A stretch of DNA of 63,338 nucleotides, counting the filler, from Octopus bimaculoides (taxonomy: Eukaryota), in NCBI RefSeq assembly GCF_001194135.2. It is 5 parts of 5 records of this genome, joined end to end, with 100 filler letters (N's around TTAATTAATTAA, not from the genome) between each part and the next. Parts side by side here need not be neighbours in the genome. Positions count along the whole stretch, not along the records: positions 14,496 to 36,011 come from NC_068988.1; positions 36,112 to 38,796 come from NC_068987.1; 3 more parts are not named here. One strand, written 5' to 3'. The translations under genes were made by a program, and so were the position numbers. Positions 26,502 through 38,896 of the stretch are shown piece after piece. The notes below the pieces were generated by a model. That model worked only from the letters and a program-made list of their open reading frames with translations. It had not been told where the DNA came from and did no database searches. The number at the start of each line of letters is the position of its first letter. Position 1 is the stretch's first letter.

Positions 26502-27571
26502 TCATATCTTTGGCACATGGGAAGTTCTCATGGGTGGGTTCTACCCATTTATTTAATGGAATACAATCGTTTTCCACCGAATATTCTGTCGGTACATTCG
26601 TTTTCGTATCGTGAACTGAAGTAATGTTGTAATACGGTTCTTGCTGTTCCAGTAATAGCTGTTGGATGCTTTCAGTATTATAGGAATTGGTCTGTGAATT
26701 CTGATTTATATTCGATGCAGAAAAAGGATAAGGTTTGTTCGATGAAAAATGTTCTTTGACCTTGCTTTTATACGATCGACATAAGTTTGAAGTTTTATAA
26801 ATATCATGGTTGTAGATATCATATAAGGATGGATGTTGTACATAGTTTTGATAGAATATATGGTTATGTAACGACCCAGACTTTAGTTGGTATCGTTGTT
26901 TATGATGCTGCTGATGTTGCTGTTGGCTATTGTGGTGGTTGTGGTGATGGTGGTGGTGATGATGGTGCTGTGATTGTTGATGACGCCTCTTTTGAGGATA
27001 CCCTTGTGCATGGTGCAGCATATAATGTTGCGCCGGCATAGAAGTGTTATAATCAGAAGATTTCTCATAAAAGCTAGTATCTGTAGAAAAGGTTTGCAGG
27101 ATGCCGTGATTTGGTAAAATCTGTGGCAATAAGCATCTGTAATTGCTATCTTGATTGTGATCTTTATTAAACTGAGGGACTTCATTATTGCTGTCGCCCG
27201 AGAAAAAACAAGATTTGGTATTTTGCTGTTGCTTTAAAGATGACATCTTTTCGGAGGGATAAAAAAATGGTGACTGTTTTTGTCGCTGCAGCAAACTGTA
27301 CTCCTGTTTGTCTTCGTATTGTTTATCATTTATATTTGCTTGTTTCTTTGTCTTAGGGGAGAGTATATTCTGTAGATGTTTGCTACATTCCGCCGTTAAG
27401 TACTCTTCAACAGGATAAGGTTTCAAGTGATGCTTTTCAGCAATTTTCGTGGCTCTCTTCAAACCATTTTGCTCTTTAAAATTCACAGCATTTTTAGATT
27501 GAAAGGATGCGCTTCTTGTATGCATAACATTCTTCCTGTTGGTGTTACAATTATCCATCTCTTGGATTATT
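26502..27571 (-). CDS. Large low-complexity (His/Gln/Asn/Ser-rich) internal exon of PCF11-like gene
   Basis: The 357-aa ORF 26485-27558 is the only long non-microsatellite ORF. Acceptor ttattttcctcgtag precedes 27571 and donor ATGA|gtaagt follows 26502, before the ORF stop. 1070 nt = 1+356 codons+1. Confidence 0.85.
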
Positions 27572-27740
27572 CTACGAGGAAAATAACACCTTATTAATTA
27601 ATCATCACATTTTAAAATAACGAAAGAGTAACACAAACATCACAATCTTCAGACGGAGATTTAATCTTCTACGATCCGTGTTTGTCTCGCACCATCAAAA
27701 TATTTACCTTTCGGCTTCCTAAATTTGATATAATATTTAC

Positions 27741-27909
27741 TTTTGTTGCTGCTTGATCCCTGATGAGTCTCTGTTGAAAAGTTCCAGCCATGATGTATAT
27801 CTAGGATGACGGTTCAAAGCGTCTTTCCATGTAACGCAGAATGAGACAATTTGGTGCAGCTGTTTAGGCACAAATGATTTGGCACGACTGACTGGATATT
27901 CAGCCTGTT
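27741..27909 (-). CDS. Candidate upstream coding exon of PCF11-like gene ((x)QAEYPVSRAKSFVPKQLHQIVSFCVTWKDALNRHPRYTSWLELFNRDSSGIKQQQ)
   Basis: Acceptor cctttcaccag, donor AA|gtaaat. The 169 nt are open (2+55 codons+2). The phase-2 end joins the phase-2 start of the 27571 exon across a 169-nt intron. No homology recognised for this peptide. Confidence 0.6.
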
Positions 27910-28013
27910 CTGGTGAAAGGACGTTTTGTTACTGATTGCAAACAATCCTCCTCCACAAATGCACGCGCACGTGCACACACGCACGCGCGCGCGCACACAC
28001 ATACACACACACA

Positions 28014-28079
<66 letters not shown>

Positions 28080-28926
28080 TACGCACGTGCACGCTTGCAA
28101 ATATACACATTAAGATAGAGTGTGAGAGAGAGGGAATTACATTTTATTATCTGAACACGATTGTCATAAGCATCTTCTCTTTCTTCAAACACATAAAGAG
28201 AAATATGCTCAGATAGAGAGAGAAAGAGAGAGAGAGGGGGGGAGAGAGAGAGGAGGAGAAGGGAGGAAGAGAAGTATTAAAAAGAGAGAAGCATTAAGAC
28301 CTCTTATGTCAAATGTTTCAGTAAAGCCGATTAGAGAATGCCCTGGGTAGGGATTGAACCATATCCCAGTAAGCTTTATAATACTATTTACTTATAGTAA
28401 ATAGGATTACTTAATAATAAGACCACCGAGACATCAACAGTTTGTAGGTAAAATTTTAAAATCTTGGAAGTTGTTTCGATAATCTTGGAAGTTGTAGTCT
28501 CATATTTATACATTTCACAGCGACTTTACTGACGAGAATCAGATGACTAATTAACCATTTAATTACCTTATTAGTTGATTAATTTGGTCATTAATGGCGA
28601 AACTCATGGATATAAGGCTAACTGAAATTTTTATTCACTCAAATGTCTTGCTCACGTACAAACAATGTGCTTTAATGTACGAATGCTTTTTCGTGGTTTT
28701 GGTCTTTGACACTCATTTTTAGCATGTAAGAAATCCACATTGTGGTTTTCTCTTCGTGTATATTTCAAACATTATTATATTTAGAAATATTTATGTCTTC
28801 TCACTTTTATTACGTATGCTAACCACTGGTATAAATTAGTTAATAATTTTTATCCTTCAATTTATAGTTATATATATATATATAGGTATGTGTGTGCGTG
28901 TACTATATATTTACTGATTTAATTAC

Positions 28927-29071
28927 CTCTCTTTAGAGAAGATGCTAAATCTGCATCTGGCTTTCAAGATGGCGTCTTCTTCCTCTATTTCCGCTAAAAT
29001 GGAATGGGCAGCGTGTTTGTGTGTGAGTGAATGATTGAAAGTACGGTTTGTGAAAATGTGACTTTTATATA
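28927..29071 (-). promoter_or_regulatory. Possible core promoter and non-coding first exon of the PCF11-like gene
   Basis: Minus-strand TATATAAAAG (29071-29062), Inr-like TCATTC about 35 nt downstream, YY1-type CGCCATCTTG (28974-28965) and donor GAG|gtaatt at 28927. Motif-level evidence only. Confidence 0.35.
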
Positions 29072-29463
29072 GAGTTTACAAGAACATTTCTGTGGTTGTT
29101 TAAAAGTGTTGTTTAATATTGTTGGTGGTATTGATGTTGTTGTTGTTGGTGGTGGCGATGATGCTGCTGATGCTGATGAGGTAGGGTTCCGTAATGATGT
29201 TTCAGCAAAAACTATTTCATATTAAAACATCCCTCGCCCTCTAAAAAAAATATAATGCACGCAAGTCTATAGATTTGTATATAAATTCACACACAGACAC
29301 ACACATTCACACAACATACACTTTTACACAACCATACACGTTTATGTACGTATGTAAATATATAAATATATTTGTATTTATGTATAAATATACATATATG
29401 TATGCATGTAGGTAAGAATACATGCAAAATATACATATACATACATACATACATACATACCAT

Positions 29464-29509
<46 letters not shown>

Positions 29510-29983
29510 ATATGTTGGCATGTATGCAAATAAATGTAAATAAATAAATAAGATACATACATGATTAAAAATAGGGAAAAAAACTGCTCAATCCATGTTG
29601 TGCAGTTTATATATATTAGAAATCAAGAGAGGAATCATAAGATTGCTAAATGAGGGAAAAGAAAGATTTAATATCGAAATTAATATTGCCTGAAAGTCTG
29701 TACGCTGTCCTCTAGAAATACGTGAAACTCAGAGTGACAATTGCGTGCTTCTTCAACTGATTTATAATGGATACATACATACATATATACATACATAAAT
29801 ACATACATAAATACATACATACATACATACATAAATACATATATGCACGTATACATAAAAACATATGCACGCATACATACATGCACGTATACATACATAC
29901 GTACATAAATACATACATGCATGCACGCATACATACACAGACATATATACATACGTATAAGCACATATACATACATGCATACA

Positions 29984-30017
<34 letters not shown>

Positions 30018-30027
30018 CATACATACA

Positions 30028-30340
30028 GCGAAAAGGAAAATCCCTATACTGAACCATTGAGAAATCTGCAGTTACTCTATGCAGATTATAAGTAATTGTT
30101 GGGGTCATAGGATATGTAACACACTGGCTAAATAACAATCTTGAGAAATTAGGCTTCTCAAAACCAGAAAGGGGGAAGTTAATCCGGAGACTACAGATCC
30201 AACCCATCACTGGAACTGTAAAAATCTGTAAAATTTTCCAGAAGTTTATCATTTAAATATATATGAGCATGTCGAGATATGCAACTATATACATGAGAAT
30301 ACATACATAAAACATACAAATCTGCTCATACATACGTACA
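30028..30340 (+). mobile_element. 3' fragment of R4/Dong-like (restriction-like endonuclease) non-LTR retrotransposon
   Basis: EKENPYTEPLRNLQLLYADYK/VIVGVIGYVTHWLNNNLEKLGFSKPERGKLIRRLQIQPITGTVKICKIFQKFII* matches the RLE C-terminal 'PxxxGxxG' region. Frameshifted and embedded in (TACA)n. Confidence 0.7.
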
Positions 30341-31644
30341 TGCATACATACATACATACATACATACATACATACATAGAAACGTTTATAATTATGAACA
30401 AGTCACAATTATAACGAAGAGGGTTAAAAGACACATGTTTAAAATATGAGTGATATAATGGCTTTATAGCTGTTTTGGTTGCTATTTTTAACATGTAAGG
30501 ATTTTTAACCTTCTTAGTTATAATTGTGACTTGTTCGTAATTATAAACGTTTTTCTTATATATNNNNNNNNNNNNNNNNNNNNNNNNNNNNNNNNNNNNN
30601 NNNNNNNNNNNNNNNNNNNNNNNNNNNNNNNNNNNNNNNNNNNNNNNNNNNNNNNNNNNNNNNNNNNNNNNNNATATATATATATATATATATATAAATC
30701 CAATATCGGCAAAAGTTAACACTACAAATACCAGAGCAGCACAAAAGTGCAGCTTGTGCTGCAGCAGAAACACGCATGCAACTTGAAAGCATGATGATAA
30801 TAAATCAATTTTAAAATAACATACTTTTTCAGTTGGTGTTAATATCCTTTGAAATAATTCGAGAAACTACTTCTTCGGATATGTTGAGATCGATAGGAAA
30901 TTTTAACTAGAAATTTTGATGACTTCATATGCAAGAAATGACGTCATCGAAATGTTTCGTGGAATAAAATCTATTTTTGTGAGCAATCACAACATTTCTG
31001 GCGAAATGAATTTGTATTTAATCAAATAATATTGTCGCAGTTTTTGTTTAGCTTCAGATCAATCTTGATTGAACAGATGTTTGATGAAAGGTCTTACGGA
31101 GATGAACACCTAGGTTTTTAGGGATTTATAACAATATCTTATTTTATATAGTCTTTGATGGGTTTTTTTTTTTAAGACTGAAGAATGAAAATTGTTGCCA
31201 TATCTTACAGGCTGAACAATTTCGTAGAATCTTTGTCGCTAGATTCTTATTTAAACAGAAGCATAACAACGGTTGAAACAGAGTTGTTGACATCTTGAGT
31301 TCATCGCTTTTATCATATTGAGTGTCTGCTCAACTCATTAGAAATCCCAACCAAATCACTCTCAACTCATATCCTTTACTATTAAAAATTGAATACATCT
31401 TAAGAAGTTGAGTAGAATACATTAAATCTGAATGAACAGAAATAATAGCACGCGCTACTCTTTAGTTGTTACCTCCCTTTACGTTCCGAGTTCATTCCCC
31501 ATCGAAGTTATTTTTGCTGTTTATCTCTCCACGGTCGATGAAGTAAGTCGAAACTAAGTGTTCGGGCTTCATTAAATTGTTTTCCCGGTCCCTGCTTTGT
31601 ATTTTGTTGCAATGTTACAAAAAAAAAGAGAAAAAACACCACGA

Positions 31645-31895
31645 CCACGTTTGAGGGATCTACATGGAGTAGATGTTGATGTTTCCAACAAATAATTTGA
31701 CCTCCTGCTGTCCACAGACCCAGATGAAAATACATCACAGCAAGAAGCTCAAGCGAAAATAGCAACACCAAACTCCCTGCTTCATCAAAAGCCAATCACG
31801 AAAGAATGGCGGCTGAGAAACTGATAATGCTGGCGATGCCCCAGCATGGCCACAGCTTTTGAGCTGAGACGAATAAAAGAAATAAAAGAATAGAG
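31645..31895 (+). mobile_element. 3' end of CR1/L2-group-like LINE (ORF2 C-terminus plus tail)
   Basis: PRLRDLHGVDVDVSNK*FDLLLSTDPDE...SNSLL-like 'PNSLLHQ' terminus, then tail ggcgatgccccagcatggccaca...(aataaaag)n. Confidence 0.65.
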
Positions 31896-33907
31896 AATAG
31901 GTGTTCATGTGCACTTTTGTCTCATTGAATGAATTTTTGAATCTCTTTTAATGCTAATGTGTGTGTGTGTGTGTGTCTGTGTGTGTGTGTGTCTGTGTGT
32001 GTGTGTGTCTGTGTTCATTGTTCTAACTCCAGATACTCTCAAGGAGAGAGATTTTTTTTCAATTCTTAATTCTCAAACAAAAATTCGGAAAATTATACTG
32101 TTGGTAAGCGTTGGTCGATACAGCCTGAATAACGAACACAAAGAGAAAATAAAATGAAAAATAGCAACTTAATACAACAGGCCAAAAACAGCCGAAGGGC
32201 AATTGTTATATTAAGCAGTGTGGATCGTGTTTCAGGGACCTCTAGCATCTTGTTGACTTTCATTGCTCCCACAGTTCTGCTGGAGGGCAATTGATATCTC
32301 GAAAATACCATTCATTTGAAAAATCATTAAGATAACGAAATACATGTTTATTGGGGTGTAGCGTTCATAATTAAAACTGTACGACAAAATAACCATGTTT
32401 TCCTCTTCTTTCCTATTCTGCACGTTCATTCACTTCAACTCATCTAAATATCAATATTTGGTCAAAACGACTGCTTTTTATATTTCTATTTGTAATTAAA
32501 CCGTTTAAGCTAGCTTTGATTAATTGTGAAATAAACTTGCAATAAATGCAAGGCGACAATGTACGAAATCAACGGACAATCGATGCTGGGAAAGAAGAGA
32601 AAAGAATCGAAAAAGAGGGAGATAAAGAGAAAGAAGTAAATATTAGAAGAGAACGCTGAAAGAATTAATGAGATGTAGGAGAAAGAATTACTATAAATAG
32701 TCTATTAATAAATGGTAGCAGATTAGCGTAGTCGGTAGAGCGGCAGAGAGAAGGTCTATCAAAATTTATTTACGTCTTTTTGCCTTCTGAGTTCAAGTCT
32801 TGACTTCTATTATTTCGTTGTCGATAAATAAGTCCCAGTCAGGTACAGTAGACGAAGCTTCGCTTTCCTTCTGTTTGCCATTCTCTTTATCAAAGCGTTG
32901 GATAAAATTCTACGCGGTTTTTGATCCAGGTTCAAATCCCATGGGTGTCGACTTTATTTTTTCATCCTTCCAGTGCAGGTAAAATAAAGTACCAATCAAT
33001 ACTTTCATATCCCAAATTTATGTAAGAAGTGATTTTTTTGCAAGCACTGCTGTCTAATTTGGTACAAAGTCGCAGAATTTAACATTGATTCAATCGATCC
33101 CCTTACTTCAATAATACATTATTCTATCGATAATCCGAAAAATATGAAAGGCAAAGTAATCTTCGGCACGATATGAACTCGGAACATAAAGATAAAGCAA
33201 AGGATTTTTGCCACCACTTAACGATTCTGCCAAGGACTCATAAATCCGGAACTTCATCCAGATCTCAAGGACTCACAAATCCGGAACTTCATCCAGATTC
33301 CATGGCATATAAGTGAATAAGATGACAACACTCACTGCTGAACAGGGCCCCTTTATAGGGTTAACTTCCCAGCTAATGACTGGTACTCATTTACAGCTGA
33401 GTGGATGGAAGAACATGGAAAGGAGTATTTTGCTTGAAAACCGCGAAGTTGACTGAGCCGGAAAGCGAAACAATAACCATACGGCCGTATGTGCCACACT
33501 CTAAACATGAGGTCGTGCGCCTTCACAGTCTAACGTTGCTATTATTTAAAAACATGAAACCAGCATTTTCAACCGCTAAATTCACGAACTCAATGATTGG
33601 CGAATGCTTCGTGTAACATCCACGACGTAAGAAACAAGTCTAAATTAAATTCGAAAGAAAAACGTATAACAACGGCCATTTATTTTATTTCATATTTATA
33701 TTGTTCTTTTTGTATTTAGATTAAAATAAGTCTTGGACAGTGTGAAAGAGATAAACTCCAAATATTGCTCTGCCAAATAATGAATAACTCGAGAAAGTGT
33801 TGATTCATGCGGTTTTGCAATTTATCGATATAACAAAAGGTAGATGGAAATATCATCGTTGAATCGTACGTTTAACGATACTATTATCAAAGATATCTGA
33901 TTCAGTG

Positions 33908-33978
<71 letters not shown>

Positions 33979-34640
33979 NNNNNNNNNNNNNNNNNNNNNN
34001 NNNNNNNNNNNNNNNNNNNNNNNNNNNNNNNNNNNNNNNNNNNNNNNNNNNNNNNNNNNNNNNNNNNNNNNNNNNNNNNNNNNNNNNNNNNNNNNNNNNN
34101 NNNNNNNNNNNNNNNNNNNNNNNNNNNNNNNNNNNNNNNNNNNNNNNNNNNNNNNNNNNNNNNNNNNNNNNNNNNNNNNNNNNNNNNNNNNNNNNNNNNN
34201 NNNNNNNNNNNNNNNNNNNNNNNNNNNNNNNNNNNNNNNNNNNNNNNNNNNNNNNNNNNNNNNNNNNNNNNNNNNNNNNNNNNNNNNNNNNNNNNNNNNN
34301 NNNNNNNNNNNNNNNNNNNNNNNNNNNNNNNNNNNNNNNNNNNNNNNNNNNNNNNNNNNNNNNNNNNNNNNNNNNNNNNNNNNNNNNNNNNNNNNNNNNN
34401 NNNNNNNNNNNNNNNNNNNNNNNNNNNNNNNNNNNNNNNNNNNNNNNNNNNNNNNNNNNNNNNNNNNNNNNNNNNNNNNNNNNNNNNNNNNNNNNNNNNN
34501 NNNNNNNNNNNNNNNNNNNNNNNNNNNNNNNNNNNNNNNNNNNNNNNNNNNNNNNNNNNNNNNNNNNNNNNNNNNNNNNNNNNNNNNNNNNNNNNNNNNN
34601 NNNNNATGTCTCTATATGCACACGCGCCTATATATACGTA

Positions 34641-34681
<41 letters not shown>

Positions 34682-34849
34682 CGTATATACATACATACAT
34701 ACATACATACATACATACAGATAAACAGATAGATAGATGATATATAGATAAATAGAAAGATTGATAAACAAATAGATAGATAAACAGATAAATATGCAGA
34801 GAGACAAACAGGCAGACAGACAGACAGATAGATAGATAGATAGATAGAT

Positions 34850-34911
<62 letters not shown>

Positions 34912-34912
34912 T

Positions 34913-34980
<68 letters not shown>

Positions 34981-35577
34981 TTTGGATAGATAACATTCAT
35001 CTGATGACATTTGCTGTTTAGCTATTAAACTATGTCGATCTGTAACGTTTAATGTTTAAGTGTTTAGCCTAAGTACTTGGTGTCCACCATAACGCAATAC
35101 AAAAGGTCTATTTTGAATGAGAGCTTAATCTGGACAAAACCGAACGGACAGTGGTTATCATTTGATTCATTGCAATATTTGAAATTATTGAGAACCTTCA
35201 GTGTTTGTTCTGTTTACTGCACCAGTGATTTCAGACGGCTTTCTGGTTATTATGAAAGTTTCTTATTATAAATTATACATGACACTTAATATCTTTTGTC
35301 GCTCAATCAATGTCTTATCCGTCACAACGACACGTCATTATACTTTCGATGATATAACAGATATTTAAAAGTCTTTTCAACTTTCAAGTTGCAAAGCAAA
35401 TCTCATTTTATCTTCTATAATTACGAATACACATCGCATTTAATACGCTTTCTAACTATTTGCTGCTGCTGCTTCTGCCGCAGCCGCTGCTGCTGCCGCT
35501 GGTGTTGTTGATGCCCGTGCTAGTGTCGGTTGTAGTGCCGGATTATTATTCTAACTGCTGCTTATGCTGCTGCTGCA

Positions 35578-35630
<53 letters not shown>

Positions 35631-35744
35631 GATCGAATAATCACAATCTATATAAATATATATCAGCATACATTATATATAAATACATATATGTATACAT
35701 ACATACATATATACATACATATATATATTGTTTTATTGTTTTAT

Positions 35745-35930
35745 TTGTTTTAGTCATTTGACTGCGGCCATGTTGGAGCATCGCCTTTAGTCGAGCAAAT
35801 CGACCCCCATGATTCTTTCTTTGTAAGCCTAGTACTTATTCTATCGGTCTGTTTTGCCGAACCGCTAAGTTACGGTGACGTAAACACACCAGCATCAGTT
35901 GTCAAGCGATGGTGGGAAGACAAACACAGT

Positions 35931-35983
<53 letters not shown>

Positions 35984-36010
35984 ATATATATATACACATA
36001 TACAACGTGC
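35745..36010 (-). mobile_element. Family A SINE, 3' half, cut by scaffold join
   Basis: Homologous to 10385-10640. Confidence 0.78.
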
Positions 36011-36011
36011 T

Positions 36012-36111
36012 NNNNNNNNNNNNNNNNNNNNNNNNNNNNNNNNNNNNNNNNNNNNTTAATTAATTAANNNNNNNNNNNNNNNNNNNNNNNNNNNNNNNNN
36101 NNNNNNNNNNN
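36012..36111. other. Artificial scaffold-join spacer
   Basis: 44N-TTAATTAATTAA-44N. Confidence 0.95.
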
Positions 36112-36158
<47 letters not shown>

Positions 36159-36182
36159 TAAAGATAAAGATAGTTTAGTAAT

Positions 36183-36316
36183 GGCTGGTCTATGAGGTTA
36201 CCCAGGGTTTCATGTCTCTAAAGCACTTAGCTTTACAGCTTATCTTCCTAGATAGAGATGCTGTAAAGCTAAGTGCATTATGGACATGAAACCATGGATA
36301 ACCCCATACACCAGCC
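36183..36316. mobile_element. Foldback MITE (about 55-bp imperfect inverted arms, 20-nt loop)
   Basis: ggctggtctatgaggttacccagggtttcatgtctctaaagcacttagctttacagc is inverted at gctgtaaagctaagtgcattatggacatgaaaccatggataaccccatacaccagcc. Confidence 0.7.
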
Positions 36317-38532
36317 TTAAGTACTTTTATCTAATTACTCTACTGCTCTATAAATTACAGTGTGCTTCTCTTTCGGATTTATGATTTACTGACGATATAT
36401 ATATATGTATATATCATCATTATCATCATCATCATTTAACGTCCACTCATCATGCTGGCATGGGTTAGGTGGTTTGACAGGAGCATATTGGCATGGGTTG
36501 GACAGTTTGACAGTATCAAAAGGGTTCAAGGACAGCATCATGTTCCAGTATCTGCTTTAGCATAGTTTCAACAAATGGATACCCTTCCTGCTACCAACCA
36601 CTTTACAGTATGTAATGGGTGCTTTTTTAGCCATTTTTATTTTATACCTAAGGTATATACACCTTTGAAAGGTAAGATGGTGAGACCTTTCTCTGAGAGA
36701 AAATCCCTTCATAAACATACTGTGTTGAAAACAATATATGTTGAAGTGAAGTGAATATCATCCCAGAGGTGATTCACAATAACATTAGATGTGTTTCAGC
36801 CTACTTGAACCTTGTCTATGATGTGTACTCACTTGTCACGTGTCTAAATGAAATTCATCCCTCTCATATATAGAAAATAGTGAATAATACATTTACTGAA
36901 ATAGTAGAAAGTTTGCCAAACTAGGTGTACACTCTTGAAACAACATAAAACTAAAATAGGATTCTCATCAAGTACAGAAAATATAAACAGCTATGTATAA
37001 CCATACTACTGTTAATGCAGTTGTAGAAACACAGCCAACTATCTTCTGTATGACAAATGCTTCAAAAAGGAGCTAGCATGCTGAGCTGATGTTTTAGACA
37101 TATACAGGATGGAAAAGGTGTATATTGACTAATCTTTCGTGAAAACATGTCCAGCTGTGGAAGAAATAATATTTTGCTTTGAATCAGATGAGACATTGTG
37201 ACAAGAAAGGCATTTGGCCAAAGAAAATCTACCTTGACAAATTCCATCCGACCCATGCAAGCATAGAAAAGTGAACATTAAAACAATGAGAATGATGATA
37301 ACAACAACAACTGTGACTGTGAAGATGATGATGATGATGATGATGATGAGGATGGTGGTGGTGGTGATGATGATGATAGTGATGATGATGATGATGATGA
37401 GGAGGAGGAGGAGGACAATGATGACAACGACAATGACATTGACGGCAATGATGATGATGACAACTCAGGGTAATGTAAGTCTCAGCTATCCCTTCCTTCT
37501 CCAAGGCATGCTTCAAATATAAAACACCCATCCGTGGCCATCCAACCACAAAAACACCATGAAGGCACACACTTCAATGAGGCTGTATTACTCCTGTAAA
37601 TCTCTAATTAAACTTTTAGCCCTTTATGACTACAAGTTTATACAACATTTACATAAACTTCCATCCATATATTCATCATTAATTATTCATTTTTCCTTAT
37701 CTATTTTTTCATCTATTGATTATTTTTCATTTTATTTGATTATTTATCCCTCTATCGACCTATACATCTATTGATTATTTTGTCTGTTATGACTCATTCA
37801 ATCACATTTATGAACAAATCAATAGACATCATCATCGTTTTAACGTCCAATTTTCTATGCTTGCATGGGTTGGATGGAATCTGTTGAGATGGATTTTCTA
37901 TGGCCAGATGCTCTTCTCCTTGCATTGACATTGCATGATAGTTGTAAGTGAGTGTCACAGTCATACAATCAGTATCCTTCATTTCCAGTCTTCTGTGGAA
38001 ACATGTCTGGTTGTGGAGAAATATTAATTTGATTGGAAACAGGAAGTGCATCTGCCCCACCCCATTGCCAACCTCTAACCGTTTCCAAGCAAACTGATGT
38101 TTCCCCATAGATCTGAAATTAATGTCACAGCTTCTGCATTGAGCAATAACAGTAAAGATGTGTTGAATGTGTAAATGAATCTCCTTTTTGGTCTTGTGCT
38201 CACATTATGAGCTGTGTAGTATGATACTCAAATATAGTACCATCCTCATGCACAAAAACTACAAAAATTCCTTAGTTTGGACAGCTGAAGAAGGGAAATT
38301 CTATTTGTTCTGCATCTTTTCATTTAATGTCTAATTACTTCCATCTACACATCAATGCACACAACCTATTATTAAACAATTATTATTTTGTTAATTTGGT
38401 CATGACACCACATTTACTCTTTCTTTGTATCTTTTTCCATTTCATTCTCTATCCCTATTCCGTTATCATTCAGTTTTTCTATCTATCTCTCTATCTATCT
38501 ATCTATCTATCTATCTATTATTTATCTATCTG

Positions 38533-38567
<35 letters not shown>

Positions 38568-38571
38568 CACT

Positions 38572-38796
38572 CAGAGTAAAAGGCAGACTGTATGACGCAT
38601 GCGTACGAACAACCATGCTACATGGCAGTGAAACATGGGCTGTAACTGCTGAGGACATACGTAAGCTCGCAAGGAATGAAGCCAGTATGCTCCGTTGGAT
38701 GTGTAATGTCAATGTGAATACCCGTCAGAGTGTAAGTATCTTGAGAGAAAAGCTGAACATTAGAAGCATCAGTTGTGGCGTGCAAGAGAGACGATT
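38572..38796 (+). mobile_element. RTE-clade LINE ORF fragment, cut by scaffold join
   Basis: RVKGRLYDACVRTTMLHGSETWAVTAEDIRKLARNEASMLRWMCNV...LREKLNIRSI is the post-RT region of RTE/BovB-type ORFs (LxGSETW...MLRWM). Open frame up to the gap. Confidence 0.88.
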
Positions 38797-38896
38797 NNNN
38801 NNNNNNNNNNNNNNNNNNNNNNNNNNNNNNNNNNNNNNNNTTAATTAATTAANNNNNNNNNNNNNNNNNNNNNNNNNNNNNNNNNNNNNNNNNNNN
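38797..38896. other. Artificial scaffold-join spacer
   Basis: 44N-TTAATTAATTAA-44N. Confidence 0.95.

Noticed and set aside
28970-29028. Plus-strand ATGGCG start (MASSSSISAKMEWAACLC|gtgagt) as the first exon of a divergent gene
   Set aside because: No downstream plus-strand exons were found. The motif is equally explained as a YY1-type site.
29680-30252. 190-aa minus-strand ORF as an upstream PCF11-like exon
   Set aside because: The non-repetitive part is the antisense of an R4/Dong-like LINE fragment, and its donor phase would create a stop at the next exon.
37229-37570. Poly-His/poly-Ser ORFs
   Set aside because: These come from a (GAT/GGT/GAG)n microsatellite next to an RTE-type tail.
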